This document shows, one piece after another, positions 54,470 to 64,000 of a stretch of DNA of 64,000 bases (positions within the stretch are counted from its first letter, which is position 1; each line of letters starts with the position of its first letter). The DNA comes from the human T2T-CHM13v2.0 reference genome, Homo sapiens. The position numbers were made by a program, and so were the translations under genes. The notes under the pieces are model-generated. The model was given only the letters and a program-made list of their open reading frames with translations. It made no database searches and was not told where the DNA came from. The DNA is taken from NCBI GenBank assembly GCA_009914755.4, contig CP086569.2:22976001-23040000 (forward strand), given 5' to 3'.

Positions 54470-55300
54470 CAAGTGGCAAACAGGTATCTGAAAAGGTGCT
54501 CAATATCATTGATCATCAGATAAATGCAAATCAAAACTATAATGAGATATCCTCTCACTACAGTTAAAATTGCTTTTATTCAAAAGACAGGCAATAGCAA
54601 ATGGTGGTGAGGGTGTGGCGAATATGGAACCCTCACACACTGTTGGAGGGAATGGAAGTTAGTACAATCACTATGGAAAACAGTTTGGAAGTCCCTCAAA
54701 AAAGTAAAAATAGAGCTACCATATGATCCAGCACTCCCGTTTCTAAATACATACCTAAAAGAAAGGAAATCGGTATATTGAAGAGATATCTGCACTCCCA
54801 TGTTTATTGTAGCACCACTCACAATAGCCAAGATTTGGAAGGAAACTAAGTGTCTATCAACAGAATAATGGATGAAGAAAATGTGGTACATATATGCAAG
54901 AGGGTACTATTCAGCCATAGAAAAATGAGATCTTGTCATTTGCAACAATATGGATGGAACTGGAGGTCATTATGTTAAGTGAAATAAGCCATGCACAGAA
55001 AGACAAACATTGCATGTTCTCACTTACCTGTGGGAGCTAAAACTTAAAACAATTGAACTCATAGTGATAGAATGTAGATGGATGGTTGCAAGAGGCGGGG
55101 AAGGATAATCAGGAGTTGGAAGGTGGAGGGGCAGGGTACATGGTTAATCAGTATAAAAAATAGAATAAAGAAGATGTAGTTTTTGCTAGCACAACAGGGT
55201 GACTATATTAAAAAATAATTTAACTGTTCATTTAAAAATAGCTAAAAGTATAATTAAATTATATATTACATTTAAATAATTGAATTACATAAAAAATTTT
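54470..55300 (+). mobile_element. Older L1 3'-end fragment (L1PB/L1M-like). It is separated from the younger L1 by a (TA)n tract at 54410-54470
   Basis: 'atgcaaatcaaaactataatgagatatcctctcactacagttaaaattgc...tggcgaatatggaaccctcacacactgttggagggaatggaagttagtacaatcactatggaaaacagtttggaagtccctcaaaaaag...' is the divergent L1 ORF2 end plus 3'UTR. Confidence 0.75.
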
Positions 55301-56059
55301 CCTTTTCTTTTTTTTTTTTAATTCAAAATTTCTTGGGCCACTCTTCCTTTTATTTATGTTATGCTTCTCTTTGCCTACTTCCTTTGCGGCTCTCACAGTG
55401 GTGGTATATCCGTGTTTCTAAGTTTTATAGCTGGGTACGCCACTAGCCTCAACTGTTCCTTCAGCTCGTGGTGACAGAGGGTGGCGCGCAGGCAGTTTCT
55501 CAGAAAATCAGGAAAATTAGGCAAAAAATTCTTAATTTTAAGCAGAGAGGACATGTTTGTATCTCAGGTGAAAGAATTAATGTCTACATCATCTCCTGCG
55601 AATAGAGGAAATGTGTTAATTCAGACCATTTTTCTCAGGCTTTTTTTGGCAAATGTTAAGAAAGGTTATAATTGTTATTATGTGTGGATTTATGTTTATG
55701 GGTATAACTGATTTCTTGGCAGGAGTACAAAGACCACGAAGTTTTTGGATTTTTTCTATAAAAGGCGATGGGTTTTCAATGTGTGGGTGTTGAATTATGG
55801 GAGGAAACAGTAGGGAGAGGACTCTTTACTGCTTTACTTACTACGAAACTTACTTTCGTTAAACTCGCTGCTTTTTCTTGAGTATTCTTCCCTTTACTAT
55901 CGGACGTGCCCGACATGTGGGCAAGTTGTGGGAGATGGAGCTAGGGCGCCATTTTTCTCATGTGCACTTTTTGTTAAAGCGGTTTTTCTCTGTGAATGTG
56001 GTCCTAATTCAAATATATAGGCAATATACTTAACCACTGTGATTAAAAACTTGTACTTT

Positions 56060-56330
56060 GGCCTGGCGCGGTGGCTCATGCTTGTAATCCCAGCACCTTG
56101 GGAGGCCGAGGTGGGCGGATCTTGAGGTCAGGAGATCGAGATCAGAGTGAAACCCCGTCTCTACTAAACATACAAAAAATTAGCCGGGCGTGGTGGTGGG
56201 TGCCTGTAGTCCCAGCTACTTGGGAGGCTGAGGCAGGAGAATGGCGTGAGGCGGGGCTTGCAGTGAGCCCAGATCGTGCCACTGCACTCCAGCCTGGGCG
56301 ACCGAGCGAGACTCCGTCTCAAAAAAACAC
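56060..56330 (+). mobile_element. AluY-like (plus)
   Basis: 'ggcctggcgcggtggctcatgcttgtaatcccagcaccttgggaggccgaggtgggcggatcttgaggtcaggagatcgagatc...ccactgcactccagcctgggcgaccgagcgagactccgtctcaaaaaaa'. Confidence 0.85.
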
Positions 56331-57335
56331 CTTGTAGTTTTACTTATCACATGTCAAATTTATGATTTGCTTGACAGGAATTATGAAATTTTGACCTAAA
56401 TTGCATTACTTTAGTGTATGAGGAAGTCTGGGGCCATAAATAATCTCAGTTTAAATTTGTTTCCGTAAAACCTTTAATTGTCTCCTTCCTTGTATGACAG
56501 TATTTGAAACATGTTTCATGTATGTCTGGCACCGTAAATAATTTAAACCGAATAAGTGGGTGTAATCCAGATAAATGGTGATAGATAGCTTAAAACGGAG
56601 ACAAAATAAATGCGTTTAAGTTATTCTATTAACTTGCCACACTGACTTACTCTTGTAATTCCTACCATTGGGAAGAGGAGATGTGAGGATGGCTTGAAGT
56701 CACGAGTTGGAGACCAGTCTGCGAACATAATGAGCCCTTTAATCTATTGCCATTTTGGCGCCAGGGACCGGTTTAGTGGAAGCTATTTTTTCACAGAAAA
56801 GAGGTGGGTAGGGGGAGAAGGTGGTGAGGTGGACACCTTGGGGAGGTGGGGGGCGGCCGTTCCAGGAGGAGTACAGTGTAGGAAGGGGTTTCAGGCCAGA
56901 GCAGTGTGACGGGGGGCAGTGGTGGGACAGCGGGGCTGCGAGGGGGACAGGGCAGGCCAGCGGGGAATAGGGAGGATGGATTCTGGATGAAACTGTTCCA
57001 CCTCAGGTCACACTCAGGCATTACAATCTTCTAGGGAGAGCGCCACCTAGATCCTCGTATGCGCAGTTCACAGTAGGGCCCTTACTCCTGTGAGAACCCA
57101 ATGTCTTCGCTGATCTGACAGGAGGCGGGGCTCAGGCAGTGCCAGAGGTTCACCACCTGTTCTGCAGCCAGGTTCCTAACAGGCCACAGACAGATACCGG
57201 TTGGAGACCAGGGTTTGGGGATCCCTGATCTATTGTATATTTCAAATCACTAAAATGTAAAACATTTGAAATGTTCTCCCCCAAGGAAGCATGTATTTTA
57301 GTTAGCTTGATTTAATCATTTATTAAAATATCAAG

Positions 57336-57612
57336 CTGGGCGTGGTGGTTCACCCTTGAAATCTCATCACCTTGGTAGCACCAGGCCAGAAGATAGCTTG
57401 AGCCCAGGAGTTTGAGACTAGGTTGGGTACCACGGGGAAACCCATGTCTATTAAAGAAAGACACAAAAAAGTGCCTACTAGCTCTGGTAGTGAGTGCCTG
57501 TAGCTTACCCATTAGATGAGACGTGGGAGGATCACTTGAGGTTCGGTAGAGGAGGCTGCAGTGAGCGGTGCACTTTGGCAACAGAAAAATTACATATCAA
57601 GAAAAAAATCCA
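57336..57612 (+). mobile_element. Old Alu (AluJ-like, plus)
   Basis: 'gctgggcgtggtggttcacccttgaaatctcatcaccttggtagcaccaggccagaagatagcttgagcccaggagtttgagactaggttggg...gcagtgagcggtgcactttggcaacag'. Confidence 0.7.
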
Positions 57613-60600
57613 CAAAACACACTGTACAGTATATATACATAGTTTTCAAATAAAACTATTTAAATGGAGTATCCTGCGTATTGCAGCTTAAGAAAATTAG
57701 AGTAGCTTTTCTCCTCTCATTTTTACAAACAAGTTTTTGTCAGGTACATATTAAAATGCAGCACTTGTCCATGAAGTCAGTGCCCCTTTCACTGTGCATG
57801 TTACAAATTTTACATATTTGAAGTAAGAAAATCTAAAAAGATGTCAGCCTCTGCAAGGAAATTTCACTTGAGTTTTCAACACAATATGTAATAAAATTTT
57901 ATCTTTTTGGCTTATTTATTATCTAAATATAGATTTTTTGTTACCATTTACAGCAAAATGGTAGAAGCAGATAGGCCTGGCAAGCCTTTCATTGGTGGCC
58001 TCCGTTTAGACACCAGTTAAAGACACTTAAAGCAGTATTTGGGAATTATGGTCTCATATTGGAAGGCAACTGTTATATATATATGTGTGTGTGTATATAT
58101 ATGTATCTACATATACATGTTGGTTATATATATTTTTTAAAGTAAATATATACTTAATGTATTTACTGGATATATAAAATATTTATTTGTTTTTAAACTG
58201 TTATTTTTGGATTTCTATTTGATATTGGGAAAATTCTCATAGCAGCAGGTGAAGGGTCTGTGGTAAATGTCACCTACTACTGAAAAATGAAAATGAGCAA
58301 AAGTAAATGTGTTGTGGACGCATGGAACAAATTGGAATAAAATAGGCTGACTATAGAGGTGACTTAGTATTAAAAGAATCATAGTAATGATGTGAAATGC
58401 ATTTTTTGGGTTTGTTAGTACTACAGTGAGTCCATTAGATAAATGTAAAATATTTTCATATATTTTTGTTCTTCTGATAAATGATTGGGAAACCAGCAAG
58501 TTCAGATGCTTTGCATTTATTTTGAGAAAGCTGCAGATGCTAAAAATGTTGTCAAAGATATGAATGGAAATGTTAACAGTTCCTTATTAATAATATCCTA
58601 ACTGTTCTTCACTTAACAGCATTTCAAGGTCTTTTTAGTATTACTAAACTTTTGAAGATAGCATAATGTCATATGATCTGAAATGCTTTAGCTATCCTCT
58701 TCTTTTTGCCATATTAAGTACAAGTGTAGTTGGAAGGATATTGGAATAAACCTTACATAAATTAATATATGGTAATCATATTTGTATGTTAGTATTTCAA
58801 TACAAGTGTAAATAGATTTTCAAAGCTTTCAAGCAGCTTTAAAACTTAGGAGAAACCCTCACAAAAATGAGAGAAATAAGTCAGTATCTATCAAATGCTA
58901 TTAATGGAATTACTTCCAATTCATGGAAATACTTCTATAGCATAGACAAACTATGGGTAGACAGCTAGATAGACTTACAAGATGGGAATCTTCTATAGAG
59001 AGACATCTAGACAGACTCACAAGAAGGAAAGATTTTTTCACATTTTCTGAAAACACATTCTTGAGAAAGTATATTTCAACAAGATCTTTACATTGAGGAA
59101 GTGTTACGTACTTGAAAGTAGAAAATAATATGAGAATATTGAAGTTGAGTAACAGAATGACTGGCATTTTTGCCCCATCCTTGCTCTTTTCCTCCTTAAA
59201 ACATTTTTATCCTGTCACCATAGTGATTTATGTAACATGAGTACCTAATTATTCATTTTTCCAGTGTGTTTGAGCACTTGTGTTGATCCAACTAATGATC
59301 TCTGTCTTACTGAATCTTAAATTCTAGGGATCCTGTGTTTATTACAGCTTTAAACTTTTGTGTCGTTCTATTACCTGCTTAATTCCTTCATATTACCATC
59401 AAAATCATTGCATTCTGGATACTTTGGAATTTTTTTATATAACATTATCCAAATCTCTTTTTAGTTCCCAATACTCTTTATGCTATCACCAATATGCTTT
59501 TTTGGACTTCTCGAGAGTTATTCTTCCCGGCGTACATCTCACAAATAGCAATTCATGCTCCAAAAACAGCTTAGATTTTACATTTTCATCTTCACTGTAT
59601 ATTGTGGGTATTTTGGCCTCACTGTACCATGTATTAATCTGTTGATTGTTAAATTGTCTTTAGTGCATATTTAAGTTTTCCTAGTTGCTTTTGTTTCTGT
59701 TACATCTAGCACATTTCCTGGTATATAGCAGAGGTGCCTTTTTATTCAGGTTATGCTTTCATATTTTAAGTTTTTGGAGAAACTGAAAGTTGCGTTTGGC
59801 TCATGGTTTTGTAGGTGTGGAAATAATTTTGACTTATGTATAATAATCTATGATAATTTCTTTTTCCCCCATAGTTTTCAAGCACAAGAACAGGTGATTT
59901 CTGTGGATGTTACTTCTAAATTACTTCATCCAACATATCTTACTGTGTAAGAATAAATATAAATGTAATATGCACACAAAAGTTAAGAAGGGAAATAAAG
60001 GAAGTACTTAGAGGTTTCAGGGGCAATGAACAGGTTAAGAAAGTTTGGCTGACCTCTGAATAGTAGGAAGGAAGCAGTCATGCACAAACCTGGGAAACAT
60101 GTTTTGGGCCCAGAAATGTGAGTGCAAGAGATCTTGGAAAGGATTTAAGTTCTTCCCCCAAATAACAAAGCAATGTAAGTTTTAAATACAATTTTTGCTG
60201 ACATTTCTTCTAAAATCACCTTTGCCTATAGAAAAGATTAAAGTGAAGAAAGTTATTATGAAATTAATTAGGACATTTAAGCATTTCTGAGAAATAACAT
60301 GAAGTACTATATTAAGAGTCATTTATTAGGGACACTTCTAAGGCAAGATAAGAAATGAGTAAGGCAATCACACCTGTAATCCCAGCACTTTGGGAGGCTG
60401 AAGCAGGTGGATCACAAGGTCAGGAGATCAGTTTAATAACCGGATGTGCAAGTCATTGGATATGCTTTCTCAAGTCGAAATTGCAGTGTTTGCTCCATTT
60501 TAAGGTACATAGCTTCATAGTATTTTTTTCTCAAATTATCTTGAGGGTGAAGATTAATACTACTCTGCCATGTATGAGAATATGCATTTTCTTACCTGTA

Positions 60601-61023
60601 ACACCACCAAGGCATTAGAATATATCTACATTTTTTGTAGATATAAGAAAATATTTTTTATTATTTAATATGCAATTCTTAAAGGTTATTAAAATTGAGC
60701 ATAGACTAAGCTAAAAATTAATACTTCATAATGGATTTTTAGGAATTGTATATTATGATACAAATTTTACAGATAATGTATTTTTCTGAGGTGTCATTTT
60801 TTGATTTTGTAAATAAATGAGTTTCTTTGAATGGAATTTGGTGTACCCTTATGATATGTTTTGAAACACTTTTTTTATAGTAGAATTATATGAACAGTAA
60901 TTTATCATTTTTCTCCAAATATATTTTTTCTTTATGTAGATTGTATTTATATATTTAACTGATAGATTTTTGCTTTCTCTTCACTCTGCATTTATCCCAA
61001 ATCTCTCTGTCACACCAATATAA

Positions 61024-61344
<321 letters not shown>

Positions 61345-61474
61345 TAATTTTTCTTAAAATTCCTGGCAGTATTCTTTGATGGTAGGCTTCGTAATCTAAT
61401 GAATTCTTCCATTACCTAGGTCACTTGGTAGTGGTCCTCCAGTGGGTCAATCTAAAAATTGTTTGTTCAGTTTC

Positions 61475-61765
61475 TTTTTGGGTTGAAGTCTTGCTCTCAC
61501 CAGGCCAGAGTGCATCGATGAGATGACAGCTCACTACGGCCTCAAATTCCTGGGCTCAAGTAATTGTCCTCTTTTAGCCTCCTGCGTTGCTGTGACTACA
61601 GGCATACACCACCACACATAGCTAAATCTGTTTCCCTTTTTTCTATATTTTTGTAGAGACACGATCTCATTGCATTGTCATAGAGGACATTAAAGCCCTG
61701 GGCTCAAGCAGTCCAGCTGCCTCAGCCTTCCACATTGGCTCACAATGTGAGCCACTGCGCCTGGC
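61475..61765 (-). mobile_element. Old Alu (minus). It is shared with RBMY1, as the inverted homologue of the Alu at 33830-34150
   Basis: 'gggttgaagtcttgctctcaccaggccagagtgcatcgatgagatgacagctcactacggcctcaaattcctgggctcaag...cacaatgtgagccactgcgcctggcc' aligns to the reverse complement of 33830-34150. Confidence 0.75.
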
Positions 61766-63319
61766 CATCCAGGTTCTGAGACCTTAGTAATACTTACGTG
61801 CAAGGCATTCTTACTGGTTATGTGAGGATACACAAGAACAAAAGGAGCATTTTGCAGATAAGCAATCACTGGGCTTAAATAATAATGAATAATAAAATTA
61901 AGGCTTGATAGGTAAACTTGAAGGAGTCCAGCATTTTTAAGTTAAGAGCATACCACAAAAGTGCAGAGTTGTGAAATATATGGGGGATGTAAATTAAGAT
62001 ATGGTGTAAATTAATGTATGGAGAGTGTAAATATATGGAGGGGGTGTACAATTGTTAAGATGGTACAGGGATGTTAAAACCTTAACACAAGATACTTAGT
62101 GTAGGACTTCAGTTATTTCAGGAGAGAATTTAGTTCTAAGCAGCATTAGGTGAACAGTAGGATTGAATAGAAGTAATATTTTTGAGAAAGAGAAGTGTGA
62201 GATTTCAGAGTGAACAGAAGAAAACAAGACCATAAAGTAACAGATCTTAGTAAAGAAATTTAAACAGAACAAGTTAAAATCCTTACCTAGCCCTCCATCA
62301 TAATATGGAGGAAATTGAAAACTGCCGTTTTCAATTTTACATTTCTCATGTAGAGTATCAGTGAAGTTAAGTATTTATTGATTTCAGAATACACAAGCCA
62401 GCACATTTCCATTAGAAGACTAGCCAGCAAACACATCATAGGTGAAAGACTGACTTCTATGAATTAGCATGTGAAGAGTATGTCAAAGGAGGAAGTTTTC
62501 TATTTTTGAAAGAGTTACAATATTGTAATTATCCCTTTAAGACTATTGCTAATTGCAGTAAAAATAAATATTGGACATCATTAGAAGAGCTGCACTAGTA
62601 CATTTTAATTTGTCAACATTTAAGATACAGCCAATCACTTAGAGATAAAGGAGCACTTTTATGTAGAATTTTGGCATGCAGTAGTTCAAAGGTAGCAATA
62701 TTGGTGCTTGTGAGATGGATTGAACAACACGGGATAACCTTCTTCAGCTGAGAAAGGACAATATATGTAAACTTTATATTCAGTGGAGAGTTTGATGGTT
62801 TTACAGGTTTTGCCTGTTATCATTAGTAGTCATCAGTAATTCATATAAAAAGAAAAAATAGTAACTAACTGGTTATTAACAATTAAAGTGAACTTTTACC
62901 AAAGAATTAATGTCTGCCTTCAGCTTTGTTAGAAGAACTGGCCTTGTGGAGCCATGGGATTATCCAAAGCCATAAGAAATATTGAAGTTGTCATGAATGT
63001 CTAGTAATTTAGAGAAAGAAGAATGGAGTGATTCAAGAAATAATTTTTAAAAGTTGTTTCAGAGAAGAAAAAATTGTGTTTCAGATTTTGTGTTCTTTAT
63101 ATAATATTTAATTATTTTAACATTAAATGTCCCATGTCATGTGGATGAGAGAATTCTGGAGGTCCTCCACGCAGAGTCAGTCTCTTCCTGGAGAAATGAC
63201 CATGTGTCATTAAGAGATGAGGGTTATGCAACTAAGGATAGGTTAAGAAAAAATGGAAAAATAGTTGACTTCTGTTGTGGTGATGAAATTCACATAACAA
63301 ACTTTAACATTTAAAGGTA

Positions 63320-63950
63320 AATAGTTAATTGGCATTTAATATATTCTGTGTTGTGCAACAGCTACCTCCAACTAGTTCCAAAACATTTTCATCACTCCAA
63401 ACTACAACTCCACTACCAGTTAAGCAGTTCCTTTCACTTTCTCCCTTCTGTCAGCCACTAGTAAACAACAATCTGTTTTCTGCCTCTGAACTTAGCTGTT
63501 CTGGGCATTTCATGTTAATGGGCCCAAACACCACAGGACATTTTATAACTGTCTCCTTTTGTTTGCATGATGCCATGAAGGTTCATTTACACAAGCTGCT
63601 AACTCATTATTTTGTTTGGGTTGTTTCCACTACCATATTTCCATATATACATATGTGTTTGGGTATACTTATTCAACTCTCGGTATATATGAGTGGAATT
63701 GCTTGGTCCTATGATAACTTTGTTTTCTTGAGGAACAACCACATTTCTCCATAGCAGCTGCATCATTGTCCATTGCAGCTAGCATTGTGTCAGGGTTCCA
63801 AATTATCTACATGCTCTCAAACACTTGATATTTCCTGCTATTTAAAATTTATTTCCATTCCAGTATGTGTGAAGTATGGTATTTCATTTTGGTTTGAAAT
63901 GTATTTTCTGAATAACTGATTATGATTATTTGTTCCATGTGCTTTTTCAG
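63320..63950 (-). mobile_element. Old L1 3' end in antisense, the inverted counterpart of the L1 at 31805-32395. This copy is uninterrupted
   Basis: 'gcatttaatatattctgtgttgtgcaacagctacctccaactagttccaaaacattttcatcac...gttcatttacacaagctgctaactc...gggttgtttccactaccatatttcc...ggaattgcttggtcctatgataactttgttttcttgaggaac' is the antisense of the old-L1 ORF2 end and 3'UTR consensus. Confidence 0.75.
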
Positions 63951-64000
63951 CACTGCACTCCAGCCTGGGCAACAAAGCAAAATGGTCTCACAAAATAAAA

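Overview
This window is eukaryotic (primate, almost certainly human Y-chromosome AZFb-type) DNA, not a prokaryotic locus. No CRISPR, operon or defence-system reading applies. It has three main components. (1) Positions 1-~19,045 are a complex tandem macrosatellite with a ~2.45-kb monomer. There are at least 7 full and several truncated or rearranged units, roughly 75-85% identical to one another. Each unit carries a (CA)n microsatellite, long homopolymer tracts and a conserved exon-like module: splice acceptor, ~161-nt open frame, then a gtaaattcaaggggccc donor. (2) Positions ~28,060-42,480 on the minus strand are an apparently intact RBMY1-type gene (RNA-binding motif protein, Y-linked). It has 12 exons. 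The 11 coding exons sum to 1,491 nt, i.e. 496 codons including the stop. Four in-frame 111-nt SRGY-box exons lie in a ~540-bp tandem genomic repeat, which also contains a fifth, degenerate pseudo-exon. A 5' non-coding exon sits in a CpG island. (3) Positions ~57,954 to the window end on the plus strand are an inverted, head-to-head, heavily degenerated partial copy of the RBMY 5' half. Homologues of exons 2, 3 and 6 are recognisable, so it looks like an RBMY2-type pseudogene. Between and around these lie a GC-rich upstream region with exon-like segments, about 20 Alu elements, old L1 3' ends, a twin-primed (inverted) L1 insertion, a young AluY with a target-site duplication, and a ~0.5-kb local direct duplication. 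All coordinates were counted by hand and may be off by +/-1-2 nt. Family assignments such as RBMY1, Alu and L1 rest on recalled consensus and protein sequences, not on database searches.
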